Shown here one piece after another: positions 19,244-29,019 of a stretch of 64,000 nt of DNA (position 1 is its first letter; each line of letters opens with the position of its first letter). This DNA comes from an uncultured Verrucomicrobia subdivision 3 bacterium (GTDB taxonomy: Bacteria > Verrucomicrobiota > Verrucomicrobiia > Limisphaerales > UBA8199). Under the pieces are notes generated by a model. The model was not told the origin of the DNA. It saw only the letters and a list, made by a program, of their open reading frames with translations, and searched no databases. A program made the position numbers and the translations under genes. Location of the stretch: contig CAIWMU010000039.1 in the NCBI GenBank assembly GCA_903913865.1, forward strand, positions 24,793-88,792, written 5' to 3'.

Positions 19244-20992
19244 CTAATGCGCCGATCCCCCACCCGTCACGGGCGGATGCAGGCTGAACTCCCAGAGGGT
19301 TGGCCCGTCCGTGCACTCGGTCAGGCTCAGGCGCATCCGCTGCGTCTCGACCGGGGTGAACTTCACGGATGTCCGCCCCCCGGGGTTCTCCCCCTCATGA
19401 CACTTTTTCCAGACCCCATCCTGCCAGTATTCGATGCTGAACTTGCGGATGCGATGAAGTTCCGGGAACGCCTGCCGGATCACCGCCCGGCCGACCGTGA
19501 CCCTCTTTCCAAAGTCCATCTCGAGCCAGGCATTTGTTGTCCCGGCATCGGTGGCCCAGCGTGTCTCATCATTCCCGTCCGCCGCCTTGTCCGCACCAAA
19601 ATTCGGGTTCGCCTGATAGACATTCGAGGCCGTCGCCTTTGCCCCGGTGGAGAGCGAAACCTCCCCCGGCACCGCCAGCGCCGGGATGCTGAGTGCCTCC
19701 ACATCCAGCTCCAGCGCCACGACCGTGTCCAGCTTGCTGCGATACCGCTCCGGCACGAAAACCTCCAGCCCCGCAACGGTCTGCCGCACCTCCGCCTTGC
19801 CACCACCAAGAATGTGGTTCCGCCGGACTTTTGCCGGAATGGCCGGAAGCTGCAGCACTTCCGCCGCCCCGTTGCGGATGTGCAGATAGATCGTCCTGCC
19901 GTTGCGGGTTGAAACCCCGTAACCGCCCGGTTTGAAAGGCCCGCCACGCGTGCCATAAATGCTCTCACCATGCACGGATAGCCACGCCCCCAGCTCCTTC
20001 AAACGCCCTGCCTGTTCCGGCGCGATCTCCCCCGTGGGGGTGGGCCCCACGTTGAGCAGCAGGTTCCCATCCCCGCCCGCGCACCGCACCAGCATGTCGA
20101 GGCAGGTCTCGAACGATTTCACCCCGTCCTTCGTCCCGCCCCAGGCCCACTGGTCCCTAGCGGAAAGAGTCATGCACGATTCCCACGGACGCTGGTCCTC
20201 ATAGGCTCCCACTGACTGCTCCGGTGTCGAATAGTCGGCGTTGGTGGAAAGGATCTCCCGGTTGCTGCTCTTCGGCCCCAGATCCAGCCGGTTGTTGATC
20301 ACAATCCGGGGTTGCAGCTCCTTCACAATCCGGTAGGTCGCCGCCTGGCTGTACTCCGGTTCCATCCCGTCGTAGTCAAACCAGAGCAGGTCAATCTTCC
20401 CGTAATTCCCAAGCAACTCCCGCACCTCCCCCTGCATGCGCCCAAGAAACGCCCCGTTGCGCTCGGTCCTGAAATCCGGGTCCCTCCAATCCATCGGCGA
20501 AAAATACCAACCCATCCGTAACCCGTGCGATCTCGCCGCCGCCGACAGCTCGGCACAAATATCCCGCTGAAAGGGGGTGGCTGAGATGTTGTAGTCGCTC
20601 ATCCGGGAGGGCCACAGCAGGAACCCGTCGCAATGTTTCGCCGTCAGCACCATGTATTTTGCGCCACCACCCTTGATCAGGTCCGCCCACCGGTTCCCGT
20701 TGAACTGGACCGGATTAAACCTCTTGTAGAGCGCGTCATATTCCGCAGCCGGAATCTCCCCGTGATTCGGGCACTTGGGATTCGTGTTGGCCCGGGACCA
20801 GCTGATCTCCGTCTCCTTCAAACTCACCGGCCCCCAGTGGATGAACACCCCGAACCGTCCCTCAGCCCACCACCGCAGATGCTCGGGATACGGCTTCGGC
20901 AGCGCGGTCGATGGGGTCTCCGCTCCCGTCAACACCGACCCGCCCAGCAGCATCGCCGCAAGGCAGAGGTTCCTGATTCCGGTTGTCATCAT
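19244..20992 (-). CDS. Alpha-L-fucosidase (GH29) with C-terminal F5/8 type C domain, paralogue
   Basis: Same architecture as 17512-19182 (FGVFIHWGP, KHCDGFLLWPS, LLWFDYDG; tail DGNDETRWATDAG...AWLEMDFG). Confidence 0.9.
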   Translation of the reverse strand: MMTTGIRNLCLAAMLLGGSVLTGAETPSTALPKPYPEHLRWWAEGRFGVFIHWGPVSLKETEISWSRANTNPKCPNHGEIPAAEYDALYKRFNPVQFNGNRWADLIKGGGAKYMVLTAKHCDGFLLWPSRMSDYNISATPFQRDICAELSAAARSHGLRMGWYFSPMDWRDPDFRTERNGAFLGRMQGEVRELLGNYGKIDLLWFDYDGMEPEYSQAATYRIVKELQPRIVINNRLDLGPKSSNREILSTNADYSTPEQSVGAYEDQRPWESCMTLSARDQWAWGGTKDGVKSFETCLDMLVRCAGGDGNLLLNVGPTPTGEIAPEQAGRLKELGAWLSVHGESIYGTRGGPFKPGGYGVSTRNGRTIYLHIRNGAAEVLQLPAIPAKVRRNHILGGGKAEVRQTVAGLEVFVPERYRSKLDTVVALELDVEALSIPALAVPGEVSLSTGAKATASNVYQANPNFGADKAADGNDETRWATDAGTTNAWLEMDFGKRVTVGRAVIRQAFPELHRIRKFSIEYWQDGVWKKCHEGENPGGRTSVKFTPVETQRMRLSLTECTDGPTLWEFSLHPPVTGGGSAH

Positions 20993-21039
20993 GGTTTCAG
21001 AGGTTCAGGTTCGTGAAAAGCGCCCCACAGGCATCCCCA

Positions 21040-21909
21040 TCACAGCGGTTTCCAACCCTGAAAGCGGTAGCGGTCAAAAACCCAGCGGAAATCCCGGTTG
21101 GATTGGGGAGTCCCCGCCGACCAGTAAAAGCTGGCGATGCCGTTCGCGGAATCCCGGGCTGCTTTGATTGTTCCGCCCTCAAGCCACTTGTGGGCTTCGG
21201 CATGGCCATCGGCAAACGAAACCGTACTGCTCTCCCCGTGGAACACGGCAAAGGTGTCCACCCAGCCGGGCGGCACGGTGTTCATCGCCCAGGTGCCGTT
21301 GTTGTAACTGCGGGGATCCGCCTCCTCGATGAACACCATGGTCATCGTCGGGCTGGTGATCTGGAAATCCTTCAGAAACGGCTTCTGGTCAGGCTGGCTG
21401 TAGTTGGCCCACACACCCCCGGAGATCGTGTCGGCCTTTGAATAGCTGTCAAACGCCCAACCATCACCGGGCCTGCGCATCTTCGTCCGCATGTCGCCGG
21501 CGCAATGCCATACATTGGGGTTCTTGGCGTAGGGATACAGCGGCGAGGCCATGATCCCCTTTTGCACCGCCGCCATGGCCGCTGCCTCGGTCATTCCCCG
21601 GGCAAGATCAGGGCTGGGTCCGTTCCAATAGCCACCCGCATAGAGATCCACCACACCGGAGGCCCCGTTGAACCGGGTCGGCAGCAGCACGCCGTTGTTG
21701 TCCCCGGCATAAAGCAGGTAGGCCAGAATCAGCTGGCGGTTGCTGGAAATGCAGTTGGCGGAGAAGGCCTTGGCCTTGGCCCGCGTCAATGCCGGCAGCA
21801 GCATCGCCGCAAGGATCGCGATGATCGCTATCACCACCAGCAGTTCAATCAGGGTGAACCCACCACGCGAGTGGGCTGTATCGCTCTTGGATCTGTTCAG
21901 GGGTTTCAT
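21040..21909 (-). CDS. Prepilin-type N-terminal cleavage/methylation protein of the H-X9-DG family
   Basis: [25 protein letters not shown] follows a short leader. The C-terminal H-X9-DG motif reads [14 protein letters not shown]. Confidence 0.9.
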   Translation of the reverse strand: MKPLNRSKSDTAHSRGGFTLIELLVVIAIIAILAAMLLPALTRAKAKAFSANCISSNRQLILAYLLYAGDNNGVLLPTRFNGASGVVDLYAGGYWNGPSPDLARGMTEAAAMAAVQKGIMASPLYPYAKNPNVWHCAGDMRTKMRRPGDGWAFDSYSKADTISGGVWANYSQPDQKPFLKDFQITSPTMTMVFIEEADPRSYNNGTWAMNTVPPGWVDTFAVFHGESSTVSFADGHAEAHKWLEGGTIKAARDSANGIASFYWSAGTPQSNRDFRWVFDRYRFQGWKPL

Positions 21910-21953
21910 GCGTCGATTATGAGCAAATAATGCGGTGGTTGTCTTCCACTAAT

Positions 21954-24629
21954 TCACTTTTTTTGAGTCCCGGCCAGCCAGAGCCGGTGGATTCGCACCT
22001 TCCCGGGTTCCTTTGATGCGGCGTTGCCGAGCATCACCTTGTCCAACCCGTCGCACAGCCGGGCCACGGTGTTCAGATAAAGGGCATCCGCCGCCGCCTG
22101 TGAAGCGCCGGGCAGCCGGGCGATCCTGCCATTGGCCACCAATCCCGCCCTCTCGTGCGCCGCCACATAGCACTGCACCACCAATCGCGCATGGGCCGCC
22201 TCGCTGCTCTCCCCCAGCCCGGATTTGACAAGCCCCTGATGAAATCTCCGCGCCTGCTCCACCCGGGGCAGGAGCGCCCGGGGATCTGCAGGCGCCGCCG
22301 TCTGCTTCCCGGATGCCACCTTTTTGCCATTCACGAACAACGCCGAATTGCCCAACCCGTCCACCGTGGCGGCCAGATGCACCCACGCCCCGGGAACCAG
22401 CTTTGCCTCATGCGAAACAGTCCCTGAATCGGTGATCAGCCGCAGGGCATTTCCCGGATGGGTGTCAAAGGTGAAGCCTGTCGCGCCCCCCACCGGGCAT
22501 TTGTCGATCAACCGCCCCTTGGTGCTCTCCGGCCTTACCAGCACATACAGGGTTGCACCCCCTTTCAAATCGAGCCCGGCAGAATCCGGAACTTCCAGAT
22601 AACCATCCCCTCCCAGGTGCAGCCCCCTGCCAAACGGGGTCTCGACGATCGCAACGGTCCCGAACTCCTTTGCCCCGGGGAGCGGCCCCGCCGCATTGGC
22701 GTAGGTTCCATCCGCCGAGGGTTGCAACATCCAGTTGCCCCGCAGGGCCGGGTCGCTCGCCGGGGTTCCAGCCCCGGGACTGGAAAGCGCGGCCACCTCC
22801 TCCTCCGTCAGTGCTCGCCCATACACCCGCACCCGGGCAATGTCCCCCTGGAAACGGCTGCCACCGTCACTATCCGCCCCTATCCGCACCGGAAGCGCAT
22901 TCGACGTTATCACCGCCGCAGGCCCGGCCACCGGCCAGTCGTTGAACCCGGCCACCTCCGGCAGCGTCCATGCCGATGCAGGCTTCCCACCCACCTTGAA
23001 CGCTTTCCCATCCCCCGTCCCGCAAAGGATCTGGATCGTGGCCGATGCCGGGATCCTGGCATAGGGCAGGGATACCGAGCCCGCCTCAAACAAGGCCCAG
23101 TTCTTCCCGTTCACCCGGACCTTGCTGATCGGCCCATGCCCGGAGATGGAGAGATACAGCCGCTTCGAGCCAAACCGGATCGGGAATTTCTGCTCGAGCC
23201 GCGAGATCCCCGGCGGGATGTGCGGCACCAGTGTCAGCGCGTCCGCCTTGTAAACATACTCAAACAAACCCCGGATCATTCCTGCCGGGGCGCCAAAGGC
23301 ATCATAGGTGATGTTGATCGGCTCCCGTGGCTGGTACACTTCGCTCCCGAATTTCACGAGCGGATTGTCCATCCGGAACTGCCGCGCAAACGTCATCATC
23401 TGCTTCATGGATCGCCGTGCATCCTCATACTGCCCCACGCGGGAGTAGGCCATCATCATCCGCGCCTCGCACGTGGTCCAGTGGCCGCCGTTCACCCAGG
23501 TGCCAAACCCCCACAACCCCTGCGGCGCCTCATACATGTCATCCAGGGACGGGGCGTTGGCTATGATCAGTCCATAGGGTCGCAACCCCGGGATCGATGC
23601 CATCTTGTTGTAGATTTTTCGTGACTGTCCCTCATCCACAATCCCGTAGCAGATCGCATCATGGTTCGGGGAGGCCTCGAAATATCCATGTTTCTCGGCA
23701 CCGTAAACCCCGTGGCGGGTCCCGTCCGGATCCTGGTACTTGATGAAATAGCCCTCCTCCGTGGCCATCTGGTCCAACCCCTTCCGTGCCGATGCCCGCC
23801 GGGCCGCATGCAGTTCCGCGAGATCCTTCCGGCCCGCCAGCTTCTCGAGTTCGACCATCCGGTCGAGGAAGGCAATGTAGGTCACTGAAAGTCCGGTGAG
23901 GTATCCCATGCCGTAGGTCCCATCGGCCTTCTTTGATCCGGCATAGCTCGGCGCCAGCAGATTGCCCGCCGCCCCCGCCAGAAACAGGTTGTTGGTGGGA
24001 TTGCGCCGCGTCTCGATGAAATTGGCGCATCGCTCCAGCTTGGGCCGGAAATGTTCAATGGCTGCCTTGTCCCGGCTGATCAACAGCAGTTCCGTCTGGA
24101 GTAGTGCCCCCGCCGCCGTGAATTCCAAGCCCCAGTCATGAGACAGCACCCGGCCATCCCCCTGGCGGTGCATCGCCCAGGTTTCGTTCGCACAATCCAT
24201 CAGGCAGCCATCCGGCGGCACCCACGAATCCTTGCCGTTCCAGACGTAGCTGGTTTTACCATCCCCCATCTTCTCAAACCAGAGGTTCTGGGCATTCTGC
24301 AGAAAGCCGACGAACGGTTCCTCGTAAAACGGCAGGGCGCAAAAGGTGGTCCCGTAACTGTTCTGCACCCACCACGCTCCCCATGTGGGTCCCTCGACCA
24401 GTCCGTTCCAGGAGGGCTGGTAGAGCATCGCCATGTTCTGGAACTCGGGATCGGCCCCATACATCCGCCGCGAGATGTCCAGCAACTCCAGATACTCCAC
24501 ATCCCCGGCTCCGGAGAAGTAGCGACCCTCAAAGTTCTTCCCCGAACCCGCCCCGCCCTGCGGTGCCACCGCCCCAACTCCCGCCCATGCAAAGGCGGCA
24601 ACAGCCGTGATGCCAATGATTTTTTTCAT
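21954..24629 (-). CDS. Secreted protein of unknown family with LamG-like module (putative glycan-active enzyme)
   Basis: Signal peptide MKKIIGITAVAAFAWAGVGA. The N-terminal ~560 aa have no motif I can name. Residues ~578-775 share the module GF.FDTHPGN.LRLI with the 947-aa protein. Confidence 0.65.
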   Translation of the reverse strand: MKKIIGITAVAAFAWAGVGAVAPQGGAGSGKNFEGRYFSGAGDVEYLELLDISRRMYGADPEFQNMAMLYQPSWNGLVEGPTWGAWWVQNSYGTTFCALPFYEEPFVGFLQNAQNLWFEKMGDGKTSYVWNGKDSWVPPDGCLMDCANETWAMHRQGDGRVLSHDWGLEFTAAGALLQTELLLISRDKAAIEHFRPKLERCANFIETRRNPTNNLFLAGAAGNLLAPSYAGSKKADGTYGMGYLTGLSVTYIAFLDRMVELEKLAGRKDLAELHAARRASARKGLDQMATEEGYFIKYQDPDGTRHGVYGAEKHGYFEASPNHDAICYGIVDEGQSRKIYNKMASIPGLRPYGLIIANAPSLDDMYEAPQGLWGFGTWVNGGHWTTCEARMMMAYSRVGQYEDARRSMKQMMTFARQFRMDNPLVKFGSEVYQPREPINITYDAFGAPAGMIRGLFEYVYKADALTLVPHIPPGISRLEQKFPIRFGSKRLYLSISGHGPISKVRVNGKNWALFEAGSVSLPYARIPASATIQILCGTGDGKAFKVGGKPASAWTLPEVAGFNDWPVAGPAAVITSNALPVRIGADSDGGSRFQGDIARVRVYGRALTEEEVAALSSPGAGTPASDPALRGNWMLQPSADGTYANAAGPLPGAKEFGTVAIVETPFGRGLHLGGDGYLEVPDSAGLDLKGGATLYVLVRPESTKGRLIDKCPVGGATGFTFDTHPGNALRLITDSGTVSHEAKLVPGAWVHLAATVDGLGNSALFVNGKKVASGKQTAAPADPRALLPRVEQARRFHQGLVKSGLGESSEAAHARLVVQCYVAAHERAGLVANGRIARLPGASQAAADALYLNTVARLCDGLDKVMLGNAASKEPGKVRIHRLWLAGTQKK

Positions 24630-24696
24630 AGTCTCAACTCATTCTCGCCGCTTTTCCCGGCGGGGATCCACCAAAATCCGTCACCCGCACCCCCTC

Positions 24697-27600
24697 TCAG
24701 GGAGCGGCCTGCAGCACGTCCAGTTCGGCGATCGCCACAAACGGTTCTCCCCGCACTTCAGTCTTTGCCACGATCTTCAGGAACCGGACGGTCGCCGGTT
24801 CCTTGAACAGCACCTCCTGCAGTTCGCCGCTGTCCGTTCCCCGGATCTCCGCCAGCATGCCTCCCCATTCCCCATCCCGCAACGCCCCATGCACCTCCCC
24901 ACGCGCGATCCGCCCATTGGACTGGTCCTGGCGCGGCAGGTATGTGATGCCCCGCAGCTTCATTTCCCGCCCCAGATCCACCACCACCTCGTGCGGCATT
25001 CCATCCGCCTGCGGCTGCCAGCGGGTGTGCCAGAGGGTGCTCGCATCCCCGTCCAGCATGTTCGCCGCCACATTGCCATTCTCGCGGTCCTCACTGTCGG
25101 CCCGGACGATCACAGCCCCCTTCCTCCGCAACCCGGCCACCCCGCACCGGCTCTGCACCCAGCTGAAGGGCACCTCCGCCACGGGCCGGAACGCATCACT
25201 CGCGACATACTGGAATAGGCTCTTGCGAAACTGCCTTGCCGCCGGGCGCCCCTTGAGATTCCCCTCAAGGTCGTAGCCGCAAACGAGCAGTGATCCTTTG
25301 CCAACCCTCGCCTCGAACACCTGTCCCAGTCGGGTGTTGTAATGAAAATCCGGCACCAGTTGCACAATCGGCCTGTATCCCTCCGGCATCCCCTCCAGAT
25401 CAAACACCGTGCCGCCCGAGCACAATTCCCTCCACTGCCAGTCGCTCGCACCCTCGTTCGGAAACCGCGCCAGCGCCGGGTGCTTCGGATCGCACAGCAG
25501 CCCGAGCTGTGAATATTTGTTGCCCCACCAGCCAGCCGACCAGTAAACCGACTCGAACCCGCCCCGGGCGGTGTAACGGTTCTTCACCCCGTGCGCCAGC
25601 AGCAGCACCTTTCCCCCGGCCTCAAGGGTCTTTACCGCCGCATCGTCCAGGGAGTGTGCGACCACAAGCCCCTCCGGCACCGCCATCTCAGCCTCCGCTG
25701 GATAGACCCAGACCGGCCAGTGGTTCTCATGCCCGGCCACCGTTACGGAAAGCAGCAGGGCTTCCGCCTCCCGGATCCCTGCCAGTGGCACCGTAATCCC
25801 GCCCAAATCAACCACCCCGCCGGTGGGGATCGCCTTTGCATCCAGCCGCCCGCTGGCTACCCCGGCCCCGCCCCGGGTCTTCAGGGACCACGCCACCGGA
25901 CCCGGCGGAAGATCAGCCGGACCGAAGTGGGCAACCTCCAGCCGGACCGTGAAGGTTTCATCCGTTGACCATACAAACTTCGCAAAACGCGCCAGCGGAG
26001 TGGTTGGCTGGTTCCAGCACCGCACATCGGCCGCGGTCACCACCCCCTTTGTCTCCATGAACGGATCCAGTATCCCCACCAGCGCCTCGCTCTGGCCTGT
26101 GAAATCGTTGAGCATCAGCAACTGGTAGCCCGCATAACCCCGCGTCCGCAGCATGCCCTCATGCTCGGCCTTGTATTGGGTCAGTTGAAACCGGGCCGAG
26201 GCACGCACAAAGTCCTGCATCTGTCCGCCAAGCCCCGCCGCCACAAGGGCCTTGCGGTATCTCTCCAGGTTCAGCGGCAGAAGCGGGCCGGTGAATTTGG
26301 GCAGGAGGGTGTCGTAATCCGGAAACACGGGTCGCTGCCCGGTCTCATGCGCCACCACAGGCACCGGGGATGTCTCAAATGCCTTCGCAAAGTCCCAATC
26401 GGTGTTCGCCGGCCCCACTCCGCGGGTCCCCGACCCGGTATGGTGCGTGAACCAGTAGTCGTCCGCCTCCAGATTCTTCCTCGCCCCGCATCCCGCATAC
26501 AGGCGGCGCGGATCTGCGGTCTTGATTTCCCGCACCATCCGGTTCACACATTCCCAATCCGTCCCGCTCGTCCCGAATTCATTCCCGATGGCGCACATCA
26601 GGAAGGATGGATGATTCCCATAGGCCTCCGACATTCGCCGCAGTTCCTTCTGCAAATAGGCGGTGATCCGTGCATCCCGCCCGATGGCCGGGGGGCGCGT
26701 CACAGTCTGTGTTCCCCAGTCATCCACCCAGGCGGGACTTTCCGGCGCAAGATAGATCCCCAGCCGGTCCGCCGCTTCAAACGCCGCATCCGGCGGACAC
26801 CAGGTGTGAAAGCGCACATGGTTGAAGCCGTATTCCTTCAACACGCCCAGGCTGCGTTCCCACTCCGCCACGCCCATGGGTGGATACCCCGTGCGCGGAT
26901 ACACGGCACAATCCAGCGTGCCTCTCAAAAAAATCCGCCGCCCGTTCAGCCGCAGTTCCTGTCCCACCCGCTCCACTGTCCGGAATCCGAACGTGATCTC
27001 AGAAGCCGCGCCTCCCCCCAGCGCCGCAACCACCCGGTAGCGCACCGGGTGGAACTCATCCCACGCCTCCGCCTCCCCCTTGAGTTGCAGGGTGATCTCG
27101 CGGGTCCCCGCCCCGGGTGGACAGTCCATCCGCACCCGTTCCTCTGCGACCGGCTGCCCGCCGCGCTCCGGCAACAGCCGCAACACAGCCTCCCGGGTCA
27201 CAGGCTTCCCCCCCGCATTCAGGCTTTGCACCACCACCCGGACCGACTGCCTGTCCGCAGCGGGAAAGGCCGCCAGCGACCGGATCGAAACCGGCTCAGC
27301 CGCCTCCAGGGTGATCCTCCCGATGATCCCGTTCCACCGGGATTGGGTCTCCGGCCCGTAGGCGTGGGTGACGGTTGAGATGTTGTGAATCATCCGGTTG
27401 TCCACGCAGAGTGTCAGGCGATGCCGCCCGGGGGAGAGCACTCCCAGTTCATGCCGGTGTTCCGCCACCAGGCTGTCGCTCGAATCCAGCCGCCGCCCAT
27501 CCACCCAGGCCTCCGTCTGCCACATCGCCCGCTCCAGCCGCAGGGTGATGGCCCTCCCCTTCCATGCCCGGGGGATTTCGATCTCCCGCTCATACCACGC

Positions 27601-28029
27601 ACAGCCCACAAACAGATGGCGGCGCACCAGGTAACCATGCTCATCCGCCCGCACCGGCTCCTTGACCCCGGGAAAACGGGTCGTCACCGGAAACGGTGCC
27701 GCGTGCAGCATGGTGTTGGTGTCGAGAGCAAAGCCAAACCCGGCAAGATCGGTGGTGTTCGGCAGGTGGATCCGGTCCGGCCCCGGCACCGGCGCCGCCA
27801 CCCATCCCCCTGCCACCCCCTCCCCCGCTGGATCCAATCTCAACCGCCAGTCACCGGCCAGATTCAGCCGTGCCACCTCCAAAGCCTTGGCGGAGGCATC
27901 CAATGCCATCCCGAAAAGGGCCAGGGAGAGGATCAGGAATCCGAGGGAGCAGCCCCGGGAAACCCTCCCGTGCCGTAACTGCCCTTTCAGGCATCCTGCG
28001 GTTGCTCGAGTTGTGGAATGGCTTTGCAT
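24697..28029 (-). CDS. Glycoside hydrolase family 2-like enzyme with C-terminal F5/8 type C domain
   Basis: 1110 aa. TIM-barrel region GFNHVRFHTWCPPDAAFEAADRLGIYL and NHPSFLMCAIGNE (an NE acid/base-type motif). The C-terminus NMLDGDASTLWHTRW...VVVDLG is discoidin-like. Confidence 0.8.
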   Translation of the reverse strand: MQSHSTTRATAGCLKGQLRHGRVSRGCSLGFLILSLALFGMALDASAKALEVARLNLAGDWRLRLDPAGEGVAGGWVAAPVPGPDRIHLPNTTDLAGFGFALDTNTMLHAAPFPVTTRFPGVKEPVRADEHGYLVRRHLFVGCAWYEREIEIPRAWKGRAITLRLERAMWQTEAWVDGRRLDSSDSLVAEHRHELGVLSPGRHRLTLCVDNRMIHNISTVTHAYGPETQSRWNGIIGRITLEAAEPVSIRSLAAFPAADRQSVRVVVQSLNAGGKPVTREAVLRLLPERGGQPVAEERVRMDCPPGAGTREITLQLKGEAEAWDEFHPVRYRVVAALGGGAASEITFGFRTVERVGQELRLNGRRIFLRGTLDCAVYPRTGYPPMGVAEWERSLGVLKEYGFNHVRFHTWCPPDAAFEAADRLGIYLAPESPAWVDDWGTQTVTRPPAIGRDARITAYLQKELRRMSEAYGNHPSFLMCAIGNEFGTSGTDWECVNRMVREIKTADPRRLYAGCGARKNLEADDYWFTHHTGSGTRGVGPANTDWDFAKAFETSPVPVVAHETGQRPVFPDYDTLLPKFTGPLLPLNLERYRKALVAAGLGGQMQDFVRASARFQLTQYKAEHEGMLRTRGYAGYQLLMLNDFTGQSEALVGILDPFMETKGVVTAADVRCWNQPTTPLARFAKFVWSTDETFTVRLEVAHFGPADLPPGPVAWSLKTRGGAGVASGRLDAKAIPTGGVVDLGGITVPLAGIREAEALLLSVTVAGHENHWPVWVYPAEAEMAVPEGLVVAHSLDDAAVKTLEAGGKVLLLAHGVKNRYTARGGFESVYWSAGWWGNKYSQLGLLCDPKHPALARFPNEGASDWQWRELCSGGTVFDLEGMPEGYRPIVQLVPDFHYNTRLGQVFEARVGKGSLLVCGYDLEGNLKGRPAARQFRKSLFQYVASDAFRPVAEVPFSWVQSRCGVAGLRRKGAVIVRADSEDRENGNVAANMLDGDASTLWHTRWQPQADGMPHEVVVDLGREMKLRGITYLPRQDQSNGRIARGEVHGALRDGEWGGMLAEIRGTDSGELQEVLFKEPATVRFLKIVAKTEVRGEPFVAIAELDVLQAAP

Positions 28030-28062
28030 GGCGCAGGTTCCCTGGATGTTTGGTGCAGAAAC

Positions 28063-28977
28063 TCAGACGCCGCCCGGGGGCTTTGCCGCCGGTGCTTTCA
28101 CGTCCAGCGAATGCTTTCGCTCCTTTGCTTCCCGTTCAAAAATGGGTCCCACTTTCACGACCACGCTGGAACCTTCCGCCACGGCGGTCGCGCAATCCGG
28201 CGATGCCGATTGCTCCCCCGGCCCGGGATGCACCACCCGGGCCGATTTGAGGCGCGGTGGCTGCCCGTTCACCCGGGGATAACTGAAGGTCACCTTCACC
28301 TCCGGAATCTCACTGCGCGGGATCTTCGCCGTTGAATAAACCTCCACAAACGCCGCCTGCCGGTCCCAGTAGGTCAGGTCCTTCCCCTCAAACCGCAGGC
28401 TGCCAATGTAACGGGTCTCCCCGGTGGCATGGGTCGTCACCAGACAGCTCACCCAGGTGTAATCCTGCCCGTTCGTATTCTCGGTGTCACAGGCCCGCAG
28501 GCTCCAGGTGTAGCTGCCCCGCGCCCACTGAAACGGGCGGCGCACACTCACAAAGTCCCCCTCATAATCGGCCGCTTCGTAATGCGATTCATCCGTCCCA
28601 CGCGCCTGGTTCACCGAGAGCTTCCCCTTGCCCCACCGGGAAAAGATCGCCCCCTTCCCGAGATGCACCCGGGTGTTGTTCGTCCGAGATTCCCACCCGT
28701 TGCAGTTCGATTGCAGCCCCCCGTAAAACTTCACCCCGCCAAGGTCCCCCAAGCCGCACGGCGCGACATACAGATTCACGTTCGTCCCGATATCCCCGTC
28801 AATCGTCACATCCAGATCCAGCGATTCAAAATGGGGCGTCACACTCTCAAACGTCCACCAGACATCCGCCAGATGCCACGGTTGCGGCGGCAGTTTTTTG
28901 GGGGTGTCATTGGTCTGCGCCGGGGCCGAAGCCAGGGCTGCGACCAGGAGTAGAAGGGATGCAACGGTTCGTTTCAT
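28063..28977 (-). CDS. Secreted hypothetical protein
   Basis: 304 aa with signal peptide MKRTVASLLLLVAALASAPAQ. It sits in-operon with good coding periodicity. No family recognised. Confidence 0.7.
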   Translation of the reverse strand: MKRTVASLLLLVAALASAPAQTNDTPKKLPPQPWHLADVWWTFESVTPHFESLDLDVTIDGDIGTNVNLYVAPCGLGDLGGVKFYGGLQSNCNGWESRTNNTRVHLGKGAIFSRWGKGKLSVNQARGTDESHYEAADYEGDFVSVRRPFQWARGSYTWSLRACDTENTNGQDYTWVSCLVTTHATGETRYIGSLRFEGKDLTYWDRQAAFVEVYSTAKIPRSEIPEVKVTFSYPRVNGQPPRLKSARVVHPGPGEQSASPDCATAVAEGSSVVVKVGPIFEREAKERKHSLDVKAPAAKPPGGV

Positions 28978-29019
28978 TTAAATGTGTCGGTTTGTTCGAG
29001 GGGCGCAGCGATTGCACCC

